From: Azolla caroliniana
Lineage: Eukaryota > Plantae > Polypodiophyta
Assembly (NCBI GenBank): GCA_043228905.1
Contig: JBHGNT010000013.1
Location: forward strand, 10,664,001-10,728,000
Length of the DNA: 64,000 bases
Reading direction: 5' to 3'
How positions within the stretch are numbered: position 1 is the first letter of the stretch; every line of letters begins with the position of its first letter. The translations under genes were made by a program, and so were the position numbers. The notes under the pieces were generated by a model that saw nothing but the letters and a program-made list of their open reading frames with translations, was not told the DNA's origin and ran no database searches. Of this stretch, positions 1 to 11,414 are shown piece after piece.

Positions 1-1143
1 GCAATCCTTCAAGACTTTATTCATGGCATTCACCATATGAGCCACCGAGTTCGTTGCGCCTTGGGGTAAGGTACACATCCGCACAAGCCCGATCGGAGTC
101 CTCATGGTTGTAATGTCCCGACTGTCGATCGCCAACTGAAATTGGTCATATCCGGAGTAGAGATCGCCAATGGAGTAGATGGACCGGCCCGCAAACGCTT
201 CGGCAAATTCGTCCATGCTCGGACCGATTCCGGCATTTCGAATTGTCACCTTGTTGACGGGTTGAAGATCTTGGATGAATCGCAATGATCCATTCTTCTT
301 CGGCACCGTGAACCACCTATTGGAATAAGGAGCATTCGACGGTTCTAGAATTCCCATACTCACCTTCTCCTTTAAGAGCTCGATCAGCTTCGGAAGGTGT
401 GCTCTCGGAACCGGTATTGGTTTCAAATTCCAAGGCACATGAGGCACCGTGAAGATCACCATCGGCTCTATAACCTTTGGGTCGGCGCATCCGATTTCTC
501 GTGGGAAGAATGCGAAAGCCTTCCCATGTCTCTCAAGCATATCGCGAAACATTCGCTCCTCTTCAGGGAGAAGGAAATCCTCCTTTCCAACTCGTAGCTT
601 CCCCTTCGTCTCTTTGGTGAAGTCATGACCTATCTTCTTCGGATCTCTTAAGCTTGGATCGTTAGCGACTTCCTTCATCTTTTGCCAGCTATCTTCCGGT
701 AGCGGAACCGCAACTGGCTTGATCTTCTTATCCACCGTTTTATATTTCGTGTTGATGTCAGCTTCCTTCATCGAGATGCCACGACAGTATTCATCGATGA
801 TAGCGTACATGTTGACGGAGTTAACCGAAATCACGCATTGGTTGTGAAGATAGCTCAAGTCCACGACGTCCTCGATTTCGCCGATGGTGTCGTTAAATGA
901 GGCTTCTTCCATAATATGAGTCACGAACTCCCCTTCTTCTATTATGTTCTCTTCTTTCAGCATCTTCTCGAATTCTTGTATCCGGTGCTTGTGCTTCTTG
1001 GCGGGTAGTACTAGTTTACATGCGCCACTAGGTGTGACACATGTTGCTTCTCCTTGCAATCCACGCGCTCTTCTTTCTTGTGGGGTCTTGTGATTGCTCG
1101 GACTATTTGTGCCCCATGCTTCAATAGTCTGCTCTAAAAATCC
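1..1143 (-). CDS. Element H pol, N-terminal part of reverse transcriptase (open to the window edge)
   Basis: Manual translation has no stop from 1143 to 1: YKTVDKKIKPVAVPLP...YSNRWFTVPKKNGSLRFIQDLQPVN...DLYSGYDQF...LPQGATNSV. It lies in the -1 frame relative to gag. Confidence 0.88.
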
Positions 1144-1307
1144 AAGGATTTGCCTCCGAGACTATCTCGATTCCTTTCATGATTGGCTCACACTGTTAGG
1201 AATTGGACCGATCTTTGGTTGTCAAGACTCTTTATTCGTGCGAAGGCTACTCCATTATCGAACACTTTGGTCTCCATCCGAGATGATGTGATATAAGGTT
1301 GCCCTAG
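1134..1307 (-). pseudogene. C-terminal end of element H gag-protease ORF
   Basis: LGQPYITSSRMETKVFDNGVAFARIKSLDNQRSVQFLTV*ANHERNRDSLGGKSLDF*. Internal TGA at 1188-1190 (probably CGA>TGA); ORF ends at TAG 1134-1136. Confidence 0.8.
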
Positions 1308-1772
1308 TGTTACGGGCATGACCATATAATATCCCGTGGTGAGAATTGTCGTAGTATTCTATACACGTGGATAAGTGTGAGGGTTAAACAAAGAGTCTAA
1401 AGAAGGGGAGGATTACTTTTAATCCTCGGGATTGAGACAACCCATGAGGCCAAGTGTGAACATGGCTGGGGGCCTTGAGAATTACTATAAATAAGAGGCC
1501 TAGCTACCCTCATTGGGGCATGCATTGACTACGTCGAGACTCTGTCCGTGAGTGGAACGACTCTTGTAGCAAGCGCGCTATCGTCCAGGTACGACTCGAC
1601 GCCAAGGCGGTGGTATGGGACGCCGATCGAGGCTCGAGTCCGTCTCGATCCCTTCGCTCGGGGGTGGTCGGGTGGATCGGCACCCTTCTTTCTCTCTTTT
1701 CTCTCTATTCTTTCTAGATCTATCATTGATATATCCTTAGTTTATGCTTACTTTAGTACCTAATCTCTAATA
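1308..1772 (+). repeat. Element A 5' LTR (TGTTA...TAATA)
   Basis: Direct repeat of 7893-8357; TATAAATA near 1486; followed by the PBS. Confidence 0.95.
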
Positions 1773-1774
1773 TT

Positions 1775-1786
1775 TGGTATCAGAGC
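1775..1786 (+). promoter_or_regulatory. Primer binding site, tRNA-iMet (element A)
   Basis: TGGTATCAGAGC, 2 nt after the LTR. Confidence 0.95.
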
Positions 1787-2023
1787 ATATGTACTAACGT
1801 TTCTTTTGGTTTTCTTTTTGTCTTCGCGTGGGATGGCGATTGATCGTTGTGCGGTCGCCTTCATGCAGACAAGGATTAGCGAAAGAACTTCGGTAAATTT
1901 TCCTTAATTTTTTATCTAATTTTTCTTCTCCCTTCTATACATGTGTATACTTAATATGTAGTTTTTTTTTCATATATTCAATGATGTTGACGTGGTATTT
2001 AATTGGTTATCTTAAACGTTTAC

Positions 2024-2285
2024 ATATGTCCACGAGGTCAATACCTCGTTTGACATATAAATCATATGTGATGAGTGTCGTATGCGTACGAGGTTACTAC
2101 CTCAATTGCGTATTATGTTCACGAACATATGTTACGTTCGCGTACGAGGTCAATACCTCGATTCGTTCGAAATGATATGCGTTGGATTTACTATGCGTAA
2201 GAGGTCAATACCTCAATTGCGAATTACGCTTAACCTTATTTTCGGATGTTTCGTGTGCGTAGAGGTATATGCCTCGATTACGTAT
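2024..2285 (+). repeat. Five palindromic repeats GAGGT-N4-ACCTC with a 55-61 bp period in the element A leader
   Basis: Cores start at 2034, 2090, 2146, 2201 and 2262 (fifth core is GAGGT-ATAT-GCCTC); consensus tgcgtacGAGGTcaatACCTCrattgcg. Confidence 0.85.
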
Positions 2286-3382
2286 CCCGAATACATCATT
2301 GTTGGCTATATAAAAAAAACGATTCATTTAGTATACGCATATGTGGTCACTTATATACGTCTCTAATCGTATATATGTGATAAATGGACATATGTGTATA
2401 TTTTAGATTACGTGATTCATATCAAATGTTTTCCTACTTGGGGAGAGGATTTTGGTGGCCGTCCTCACATTTTTGTGAGAATGGCGTTGTCACCATCCCT
2501 TTTATCAACAATTTTTATTGTTGAAATTCCCGTTGGTCACTTTGATATTTCGTTACGTAACGAACCTCGTATAGCCAAAATGATGTTGAATACGTCGGGC
2601 TTGATCCACATCAAGTAGGGTCGCTCTAATGACACACGTATCCAACATCTCCCCTCGTTACATGGATACGATGCCACCATGAGCTCGTTCTTACGAGTGG
2701 CATTCGTAATGACGTGACCATGTGATGGGCCACATGAGCCTACGAAGACACAAGGGCTCATTCGGCTTGACCATTAGGTTACACTTTGGCATATGCCATC
2801 GTAATTACGAGGCTTGAGGTTAGGTAGCGTACAACCATAGTGGGTAATAAATGAGGGAGAAATAAGGCCACTTGACCTATATGTTTCTTTTAAACAAAAA
2901 ACATATAGGGGCAAATGCCTCGCATATCTCGAATACGCCTCAAATATTAAACATTCAAGACGCGCAATCTACTTGGTTGGCTCAAGTGTTTAATGTATTT
3001 GTCCTCGAGGTCTCGAGTTCAAATATGACCAACACCATACAACATCGTTGATACATATGACTATAATACATGTTTAGACTTTAGGTCTAAGTGCACTTCG
3101 GGGTCCTCGTAATAGGACTTAAAGAGCCGAAACCACATATGTGGGCACAGAAACATAGTTATTGTTAACATTTTTTTCGTGTATAAACTATTCATGACGC
3201 GAACATACATGGTTGAGCCTCGGGGAGCCGCCATGAAAAAAATCGATATAGAGATCAGGGAAAGGCATTCATTTGTCACCCCCATGGTTTTTAAAACACC
3301 TCTGTGTTACCATAGTAACCTGATCTTGAACCTCATCTCATACGTCTAGAGGGGTATTGACGTGAGATCATGATATCGATTA

Positions 3383-6300
3383 ATGCTTGCCCATGATATG
3401 TTTACACCACGACAAGATGTTATGACTATTTGTCTGACCTTATCTTATTTCTTTGCCAGAAATAATCATTCAATGGCTCAGAATAACGACCCGATGCCCT
3501 CCGCTCAAGCGGAAAGAACTCAAGGAAATCCTCCTGGGACAATGTCCATTGAGGCGTATATTTTACAAGTACAACATTTCCTAAGTTCAACCGCGCAGCA
3601 GTTGACCGAATTTCGGCAATCTCAAAGTGCTCTCGAGGCACGAGTCATTAGTCTCCAAAATGAGATTAATAGACCTGATGAGCGTCAGGGTGAACCATCA
3701 TTTGTCGTAAAGCCATTTACGGGAGATAAAAAGGAAAGAACCGAAGAAGCAATCTGCACGTGGCTGGGCCGATGGGAGTCTCATTTTGAGCTCTATCCCA
3801 CACCAGATAGTACGAAGATTGCATATGTCGGCCGAGAACTAGGGGGTAAGGCCGCCGCTTGGTGGCGTGGGCTCCGAACTTTGGGGAGATTGCCCGAGAC
3901 CTGGACAGACTTTGTCACAGTTTTCAAGGGTCAATTTCTACAACCTCCCTCTCGAACCGAGGCAGCACAAGCTTTAATGAACCTCTCTAGCAGGAAGTTT
4001 TCCTCGCTAGAAGATTATGTCCACCATGCTAGAACCCAAATCCAAAAATCGGGTCTAGAAGGGGACAATTGGTTAATAGCTTGTTTTGTCAATGGCATCC
4101 CCAATTCGGACTATCACTGGATAGTGCACGATAAGGATCCAAAATCCTTCGAAGAGGCCGTTGAGATAGTTCTTCGCTATCAACGCACTTCGAAGAAGGA
4201 CCATAACAAACCCAACGAAGCGCCCGGGACTAAGCAGTCGCAATTCGTTGGGAAACGCAAGACACCCAACGAATTCATGGATCGCGATTATAAGCGACAA
4301 CATCCTTTTTGCGTATTCTGCAAAAAGAAGGGTCATACAAAAGAGCAATGTCGTAAGCTCCAACGAAAAGAGCACGACGCCAAACCTAAAGCTACAGACC
4401 ATAAAGGTCAGATTCCTAATGTCCTTCAGGTCTATACACATCATTTGAGTAATTGTCAATGTTCTTTCCCTCATTATGTATTGGGTCCCAATGATTTACT
4501 ACGTGCAAACGGGTATATAAATGGATCTCCCGTACAATTTTTATTTGATTCGGGAAGCTCACACAATTTTGTGAATGATCGTTTGGTACAGATATGGGGA
4601 ATCCAACCCACCGTAAGTGATCACACCTACACGGTGCACTTGGCTGATGGAAGAGTACAACACATCAACGGGGCGATTCATTCTTTAGGAATTTCTATTG
4701 ATACCTATATAGAGGAAGTAGACTTCCATGTAATGAATCTTAGTACCACCGATGTAATACTGGGTTATCCCTGGTTTTATAATAAAAGCTCTTCTTTATT
4801 TATTGATTGGGTTCGCCATTCCATTTCTTTTGTACTCAACGATTGTACGCATTTTATTCAATGTGTAACAAAACAATCCCTCTCGATTGTTTCCTCGTGT
4901 CCATCAATATCCGAGTTGTCTTGTTCTACGTTATTTTATTGTGTACTTGATCCGGACATTCACGTTTACAATATCGATAATGTCTCGGGTCAATTAACAT
5001 ATTTTGAACAAAAACAACTTGATAAAATCGTAAACGATTTTCATGATGTTTTTCCGAGTGAACTACCCGATGGTTTACCTCCTAAACGTAATATAGACCA
5101 TCGTATAGATATTGTACCTGGCATTGCACCCATTAGTATACCTCCGTATCGCCTAAGTCGATCTGAAGAGGATGAGGTAGCTAAGCAACTTAAGGACTAT
5201 TTACGAATGGGTTATATACGTTATAGTAAATCTCCATGGGGTGCACCAGTTCTCTTGGTTAAAAAGAAAGAGGGCACATGGCGTATGTGTATTAATTACC
5301 GACGCTTGAATAAAGTGACGATCAAGAATTCGTACCCATTGCCCCGGGCTGACGATCTAATTGACCGTCTCCAGGGAGCTCGGTATTTTACGAAACTTGA
5401 TCTCCGTACTGGCTACCATCAAATACGAATAAGTGAGGACGATGTTCCTAAAACAGCATTTCGTACGCGCTACGGCCATTATGAGTTTTTGGTTATGCCT
5501 TTTGGTTTGACCAATGCTCCGGCTACATTTCAACAAGAAATGAATGACATTTTCCGAGAACAACTTGGAAAATTTGTCGTTATCTTCTTAGATGATATTT
5601 TAGTTTATAGCCGTACATTACAAGAACATGCTAGACATGTCCGCTTTGTTTTACAAATATTGCGTGACAAACAATTTTACGCGAAGATCTCAAAATGTGA
5701 GTTCTTCAAGAAATCAATTACTTATCTTGGACATCTCATAACCGAACGAGGAGTTGAAATTGATCCTTCTCGCATCGAGAAAATCAAGCTTTGGCCCACT
5801 CTTCGGAATATTCGAGAAGTTCGATCATTCCTTGGTTTTGTCGGATTTTTGCGAAAATCTCTTCGTAATTACTCACAATTGACGACGTCGTTTACTGATC
5901 TTCTAAAAGGTCAAACGCGTAAGTCTACAAAACCTATTGTGTGGAATGCTACACTAGACCTCGCCTTTAAGGAACTCAAGGACTTGGTATGCAAGGCTCC
6001 TTCACTTCTTTTACCTGATCCTTCAAAACCTTTTGAGGTTGAAACCGACGCAAGCGATTATGCTATAGGTGCTGTCTTGTATCAAGATGGTAAACCAATA
6101 GCATTCGAGAGTAAGAAACTTGATTCTGCTCAATGTCGGTATACCGTTCAAGAAAAGGAATTATTTGCGGTTATACATGCGCTCAAAACATGGCGCCATT
6201 ATCTTTATGGAAATCGCTTTGTGGTAACTACGGACCACGAGTCCTTGAAATATTTTTGTGACCAACAAGACCTGAAAGGTCGTAAGGCACGATGGGCTGA

Positions 6301-7906
6301 TCTCATCCAGGACTTTGATTTTTCCATACGATATCGTAAAGGTTCCATGAATACTGTCGCTGATGCACTAAGTCGCATCCGTGAAGTTAACATGCTTAGC
6401 TTCACTGAAATAACATCAGATCTTTATGATCACCTTCGAGGAAAGTATCCTGATGACAATTATTTTGCAAAATACTGGGCAAGAGTCGAGTCTGGAACAG
6501 ACACCACCACACCCTCGAAGGAATACTTCCACATTGCTAACGGTCTGCTCTACCGTAATGGGAAGGTTTGTGTTCCAGATTTACCTGAGGTCAAAAAGAG
6601 AATTCTTTTTGAATGCCATGATGCACCCTCACCAGGGCACCCTGGAATACATCGTACACTCGTTCTCATCTCCACTCAATTTTATTGGCCTAAGATGCGT
6701 CCTGACATACATAGCTATGTGACTAAATGTCACCAATGTCAGGTTAACAAAGCCGAGCGACTTAAAGCCGCAGGACTTTTACATCCCTTGGACATTCCCA
6801 ATAATAATTGGGAAAGTATATCCATGGATTTTATTGTTAGCCTTCCTCGCACCCAAAAAGGTCATGATGCCATATGGGTTGTGGTTGACAGACTAACTAA
6901 AATGGCCAGATTTATTGCTACTAAAACCACGGTAACAGCTCCTGAATTGGCTTACCAATTCGTTGATGAGTTATTTCGTTTTTACGGGTTACCGATGGAT
7001 ATCGTGAGTGACCGAGATCCGAAGTTTACTAGTGACTTCTGGACGCAAGTCTTTAAGAAGTTAGAAACTACGTTGAGCATGAGCTCCACGGATCATCCTC
7101 AATCCGATGGACAGACAGAACGAGTAAATCAAATTATTGAGGACATGCTTCGAGCATACGTTGGTGCAAAACCAACAAAATGGGAACGTTACCTCCCAAT
7201 TTTGGAGTTTGCTTATAACAGCTCCAAGCATACGTCGACGGGATATAGTCCTTTTATGTTGATGTATGGATTTCAGCCACGAGCCCTGATTGATGTTAAT
7301 ATACATCATGATGAGTTGCGAAGTACGCAAAACTTTCTTCGGGATATGCAAGATATGTTGCATATTGCACGGGATAATATAAAAACAGCTCAAGATAGAG
7401 CGCGTTTTTATGCCGATCATCACAGGCAACCTCGTGTATTCAGCCCTGGACAGAAGGTATTTTTACGTGTACCTCACAATTCTAAGACATTGTCTACGGG
7501 TAAGTGCGCTAAGTTAGCCCCACGGTTTTGTGGACCTTTTACAGTCCTCAAACGCATTGGATCATCAGCCTATCGTCTCGCTCTTCCCGATGGTGTTGGA
7601 ATCCATCCAGTCTTTCATGTAAGTCGTCTAAAAGAACTTCTAGGTTCTGGCGACAATACAGTTACAACTGAAACTCTGGTTACTTCTGAAGATTTATCTT
7701 CTAAACCACATGTACCAGAAAGAATTCTCGATGTTAAAACAAAAAAATTACGTGCTAAGGAAATTCGAGAATTTAAAATAAAATGGATGGATAAATCAAT
7801 CAAAGATGCCACATGGGAACGCGAAACGACTCTAAGAACTAACTTCCCTAACTTTCCATTGCAAGAGTGCAATGTTTTAAAGAGGGGGAGTATGTTACGG
7901 GCATGA
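3383..7906 (+). CDS. Gag-Pol polyprotein (gag, CCHC knuckle, protease, RT, RNase H, integrase, chromodomain); likely start at ATG 3473 (MAQNND)
   Basis: [14 protein letters not shown]; [10 protein letters not shown]; [10 protein letters not shown] and FLDDILVYS; [10 protein letters not shown]; HHCC plus ISMDF/VSDRD/GQTER; RFCGPF; C-terminal PERILD..FKIKW..ATWE chromodomain. The stop codon lies inside the 3' LTR. Confidence 0.96.
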   Translation: MLAHDMFTPRQDVMTICLTLSYFFARNNHSMAQNNDPMPSAQAERTQGNPPGTMSIEAYILQVQHFLSSTAQQLTEFRQSQSALEARVISLQNEINRPDERQGEPSFVVKPFTGDKKERTEEAICTWLGRWESHFELYPTPDSTKIAYVGRELGGKAAAWWRGLRTLGRLPETWTDFVTVFKGQFLQPPSRTEAAQALMNLSSRKFSSLEDYVHHARTQIQKSGLEGDNWLIACFVNGIPNSDYHWIVHDKDPKSFEEAVEIVLRYQRTSKKDHNKPNEAPGTKQSQFVGKRKTPNEFMDRDYKRQHPFCVFCKKKGHTKEQCRKLQRKEHDAKPKATDHKGQIPNVLQVYTHHLSNCQCSFPHYVLGPNDLLRANGYINGSPVQFLFDSGSSHNFVNDRLVQIWGIQPTVSDHTYTVHLADGRVQHINGAIHSLGISIDTYIEEVDFHVMNLSTTDVILGYPWFYNKSSSLFIDWVRHSISFVLNDCTHFIQCVTKQSLSIVSSCPSISELSCSTLFYCVLDPDIHVYNIDNVSGQLTYFEQKQLDKIVNDFHDVFPSELPDGLPPKRNIDHRIDIVPGIAPISIPPYRLSRSEEDEVAKQLKDYLRMGYIRYSKSPWGAPVLLVKKKEGTWRMCINYRRLNKVTIKNSYPLPRADDLIDRLQGARYFTKLDLRTGYHQIRISEDDVPKTAFRTRYGHYEFLVMPFGLTNAPATFQQEMNDIFREQLGKFVVIFLDDILVYSRTLQEHARHVRFVLQILRDKQFYAKISKCEFFKKSITYLGHLITERGVEIDPSRIEKIKLWPTLRNIREVRSFLGFVGFLRKSLRNYSQLTTSFTDLLKGQTRKSTKPIVWNATLDLAFKELKDLVCKAPSLLLPDPSKPFEVETDASDYAIGAVLYQDGKPIAFESKKLDSAQCRYTVQEKELFAVIHALKTWRHYLYGNRFVVTTDHESLKYFCDQQDLKGRKARWADLIQDFDFSIRYRKGSMNTVADALSRIREVNMLSFTEITSDLYDHLRGKYPDDNYFAKYWARVESGTDTTTPSKEYFHIANGLLYRNGKVCVPDLPEVKKRILFECHDAPSPGHPGIHRTLVLISTQFYWPKMRPDIHSYVTKCHQCQVNKAERLKAAGLLHPLDIPNNNWESISMDFIVSLPRTQKGHDAIWVVVDRLTKMARFIATKTTVTAPELAYQFVDELFRFYGLPMDIVSDRDPKFTSDFWTQVFKKLETTLSMSSTDHPQSDGQTERVNQIIEDMLRAYVGAKPTKWERYLPILEFAYNSSKHTSTGYSPFMLMYGFQPRALIDVNIHHDELRSTQNFLRDMQDMLHIARDNIKTAQDRARFYADHHRQPRVFSPGQKVFLRVPHNSKTLSTGKCAKLAPRFCGPFTVLKRIGSSAYRLALPDGVGIHPVFHVSRLKELLGSGDNTVTTETLVTSEDLSSKPHVPERILDVKTKKLRAKEIREFKIKWMDKSIKDATWERETTLRTNFPNFPLQECNVLKRGSMLRA
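7879..7890 (+). promoter_or_regulatory. Polypurine tract (element A)
   Basis: AAAGAGGGGGAG, 2 nt before the 3' LTR. Confidence 0.9.
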
Positions 7907-8357
7907 CCATATAATATCCCGTGGTGAGAATTGTCGTAGTATTCTATACACGTGGATAAGTGTGAGGGTTAAACAAAGAGTCTAAAGAAGGGGAGGATTA
8001 CTTTTAATCCTCGGGATTGAGACAACCCATGAGGCCAAGTGTGAACATGGCTGGGGGCCTTGAGAATTACTATAAATAAGAGGCCTAGCTACCCTCATTG
8101 GGGCATGCATTGACTACGTCGAGACTCTGTCCGTGAGTGGAACGACTCTTGTAGCAAGCGCGCTATCGTCCAGGTACGACTCGACGCCAAGGCGGTGGTA
8201 TGGGACGCCGATCGAGGCTCGAGTCCGTCTCGATCCCTTCGCTCGGGGGTGGTCGGGTGGATCGGCACCCTTCTTTCTCTCTTTTCTCTCTATTCTTTCT
8301 AGATCTATCATTGATATATCCTTAGTTTATGCTTACTTTAGTACCTAATCTCTAATA
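7893..8357 (+). repeat. Element A 3' LTR
   Basis: Copy of 1308-1772, followed by TSD CCTAG. Confidence 0.95.
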
Positions 8358-10393
8358 CCTAGGATAACAGGATGCGACGCCGATTCTTGTACGAAGAAGT
8401 GTTGATCCATCTCCACATCCCCGATCGTGACTTTGACATTGGGACAAGCTCCGTACAAGTCCTCCGTAGACTTTGTTGCCGCGCGAATCTTCCATCCGTG
8501 GTTTGTATTGATTGGCCATCTTCCCTTTTTGTAGAAGTTGGTTGACATGAGGTTGATCTCCGAGCCGTGGTCGATCAAGGCTACGACGGTCTCTTTCTTC
8601 TCCCCGATCTTCACCGGCGTCTCCGTTGTCGCTCGTGCCCAATGAGGTCGAGTGTAGTGGCTGTCCACCATATATTCATCGATTTTGTCTCTTGCCATCG
8701 TTATGGCATTCGTTTTTGCTTTCTGCGGCTTCTCTTCTTCCTCGTCCGATTGTTGTCTCTTTCTCTTTACAAGGTCCACGATCGTGTCATGGAACTCCTT
8801 CTTCGTAATGCCAAGCAATTCCCTCAAGGACAAAGTTACATGGCTATCAAGAACTCGTTCTTCAAGAATCTTCTTTAGGTCCGTCGTCTGTTCTATGTCC
8901 GACCTTAGCTTATAGGTAGGTATGGTCCTTGTCCTCCGAGCGGGGTCTTCGACACCAACCTTCACGGGCCGAACCGTTTCTTCAACTCGTATGCTCGGCT
9001 CCCCTTTTCGGCTTGATTCTCGTTCCTCCGTTTGTAAAGGTCGACTCGTCTCCACATCGTCCTTCTTTTTCACGTTCCTTGTTTCATGTCTTTTTGATGG
9101 GCCTTGCTCTTCTATTCTCTTTCTCTTTTCTTCGACGAACACCTCGTGGTTGTCGCACATCACCTCTGCGAGTATGGTGTTGTCGTCCACCGGATCCGAC
9201 CACCCGGTTATGCATTGCACGTTTCGGTCCGCAAGCTCTACCTCGTTCGATGTGACTTTTCCCTTCTTCTCATATTCGAGAACGGAAGTCCAAAACTTTG
9301 CTCCCGCTCTAGCAGCTTCAGTCTTGTCTTTCCCGACTCTTATTCCGGCCGACGCAGCATAGTGCATCGCATCCACATGAGTCGCATCGGCATCCTCCAT
9401 AGATTTCTTCATTCCTCCTCTTCCGAAATTCACCCGTAGGGGTATTCTAGTCTCACTTGAGCAGATCATGTTGTCCTCTATGTATACGATATTTTGTCGA
9501 ATCGCCTCTCGAAGGCTCGCACAATCCCTTCTCATGTGGTCCATGCTATCGCACCACACGCATCTAAAGGGTTCTTTTCCTTTAGGGCCCCGACGATTTA
9601 TGTTGGCTAGCGTGACCTTCTCGAACTTCTTCGCTAGCTCTTCGATGATGTCGTCATCAATCTTCTTTTCTTCCACGTTACTTTGTCTCAGCGGCTCAAC
9701 TACTTTCGGCGGACTTGTTTTCTCCGTGGTAGTCGGTCCCATCAAGTCGGTGTCATCAACCTATTGGCGACGCTTGTCGAGCCTATTGCATGCCCGCTTC
9801 ACCGCAATCCAGTCTGCTACGAGCCCATTTGCTTGGGTATCATCTTCGAGAAGAGTCCCCAACTCCCGTCTATCCTTTATGTCCACGGCCTTCAAGAAGT
9901 ACAAAGTCTTGTCCTCTTCAAGCAATACTTGGTCCGTATTGGGGAGACGACTAAACATCTGGTCGAATTCGTCGTACACCCTCGAGACGCTCATCTTCTT
10001 ATTCTTCTTCTCTATCCACTTCATCAGGGCATGTCGAGTCATCCTCGTTGAGTCTTCAGTCACAAACTCCGCTAGTATCATTTTCTCGAACTCGGACCAT
10101 GTTGTCTTTCCTTCTTGAAGCTCGATGACGCGTCTTTGGATGTTGTTGGCGACAACTCTCTTGAAGCTTGCGATTTGACGTGCCTCGGACACGTCCCTTT
10201 GATTCATCTCCCTCTTATATGCATCAAGGAACTTCGTAACGTTCCTTCCATCGAATTGGCCCTCGAGCTCTACGACACGATCGACAGCCTTCTCCACGCT
10301 CGCGTCGTTGTCCCGAGATCTCATCATTTGCTCGACGATTAGCATCATCCTTTCGAGCTCTCCCGCTTGGTTGCTTGAGGACGCCATCTCCAA
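8358..10393 (-). pseudogene. Element H gag-protease ORF (one in-frame stop at 9761-9763; interrupted by element A)
   Basis: ORFs 9761-10393 and 8345-9745 are in the same frame; knuckle CVWCDSMDHMRRDC; protease LIDHGSEINLM...VILG. Confidence 0.88.
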
Positions 10394-10428
10394 GTATTAA
10401 TCTCGACTTGATCCTTCCTACCGCCTCT

Positions 10429-10446
10429 TTCACGTCGGGTTCACCA
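10429..10446 (-). promoter_or_regulatory. Primer binding site, tRNA-Trp (element H)
   Basis: TGGTGAACCCGACGTGAA on the minus strand, matching the 3' end of cytosolic tRNA-Trp as I recall it; 8 nt from the LTR end. Confidence 0.8.
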
Positions 10447-10454
10447 CTTAATTA

Positions 10455-11414
10455 TGTCGTGACGATCCGTCACTACGCGCGGATCGTGAGGCGGAACCGC
10501 CGGGGTTCTGGACCAGAAGGATTTAGAGTCGATACAAGCTTTGGCGAGAAAGTACTTAAGATAGATTGGAAAAGAGAGAAGTTGAGATTACACGATTGAT
10601 TTCAAAAACGAATTTCTTCCTCTTAACTTTCATAAAAAAAACCGTGTTTTTCTCCTCCCCCTTCCCTCTTTTATAGATGCTCTCATGCACATGATGCATG
10701 TGAGGGTACAAGACATGCATAAATTGCATGTTTGCCATTTGGCGCTTAAGTATTACATGTGGTGCATGTCACTCATTTTAGCACTCATGGATGAGAATTT
10801 ACATGTAAAAGTACAATAATAGAAATAAAATTTTAACTAAATACTATGGCTTAATGATAAGCCATTTGACTCCTAACTTGGAGGTGCAAGGTTCGAATCC
10901 ATACTTGCCCTCCTTGTATATGTAAATATGTATATATTTTTATATATTTATTTTATCTAGTCGCCGGTTCGCCGGATACCGGTGCCGCCGCCGGATACCG
11001 GTCGGATGCCGTCGGATCATCGGCTCCATCGCCGGTCCGGTTTTGGTTGGCCAAAACCCTTTTCGAGTAGCTAGCCACCTCCACTCTATGTTCAAGTTAC
11101 CTTGAACTCTCTATGCTCCACACATAGACACAAAGATAATATCTTTTGCTCCACCTTATATATGATGAGAGCCGTATTTGTCGTGCCTATGTGGGATATC
11201 TCACAATTTTCTCTTTTCTTTTCACAAACTTTATACCCTCATATCTTGACATTTAGTTGTTCATTTCTCGTGTAATAAAGTGCATTCGAAACCTCCATCA
11301 TTTTGTACTTAGATATTAAAAATGTTATCTTCACAATTATTGTATTACATTATTCATACTCGATTTTGTACGTTTTATGGGATTTTCACACTATTGCCGA
11401 AAATCTTCACGACA
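10455..11414 (-). repeat. Element H 5' LTR (960 bp)
   Basis: Terminal inverted repeats TGTCGTGA...TCACGACA; TATA (CTATAAAAG on minus) near 10670. Confidence 0.85.
10844..10905 (+). other. tRNA-like A-box/B-box cassette within H LTR U3
   Basis: A-like TGGCTTAATGA at 10847; GAGGT variable-loop-like motif; perfect B box GGTTCGAATCC at 10890-10900. Confidence 0.7.

Larger units (their letters stand above)
1308..8357 (+). mobile_element. Element A: intact chromovirus Ty3/gypsy LTR retrotransposon
   Basis: 465-bp LTRs at 1308-1772 and 7893-8357 with no difference seen by eye; 5-bp TSD CCTAG (1303-1307, 8358-8362); PBS; PPT; single gag-pol ORF. Confidence 0.97.
1..11414 (-). mobile_element. Element H: Ty3/gypsy LTR retrotransposon, tRNA-Trp primed, interrupted by element A, runs off the left edge
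   Basis: 5' LTR 10455-11414, PBS 10429-10446, gag-protease from 10393. The reading frame resumes across the CCTAG TSD of element A (..HPVILG|QPYITSSRMETK..), followed by RT running to position 1. Confidence 0.9.

Noticed and set aside
1529-1763. 65-71 aa ORFs repeated four times in the window
   Set aside because: They recur only because they lie in the A/B LTRs; no recognisable domain.
2024-2285. CRISPR array
   Set aside because: Eukaryotic retrotransposon leader with no cas genes; repeats are degenerate and alternate spacers resemble each other, as in a tandem-repeat origin.
9761-9763. Programmed stop-codon readthrough in H gag
   Set aside because: Downstream context GTTGAT is not CARYYA; a TGG>TAG mutation is simpler, and the element has another nonsense codon.
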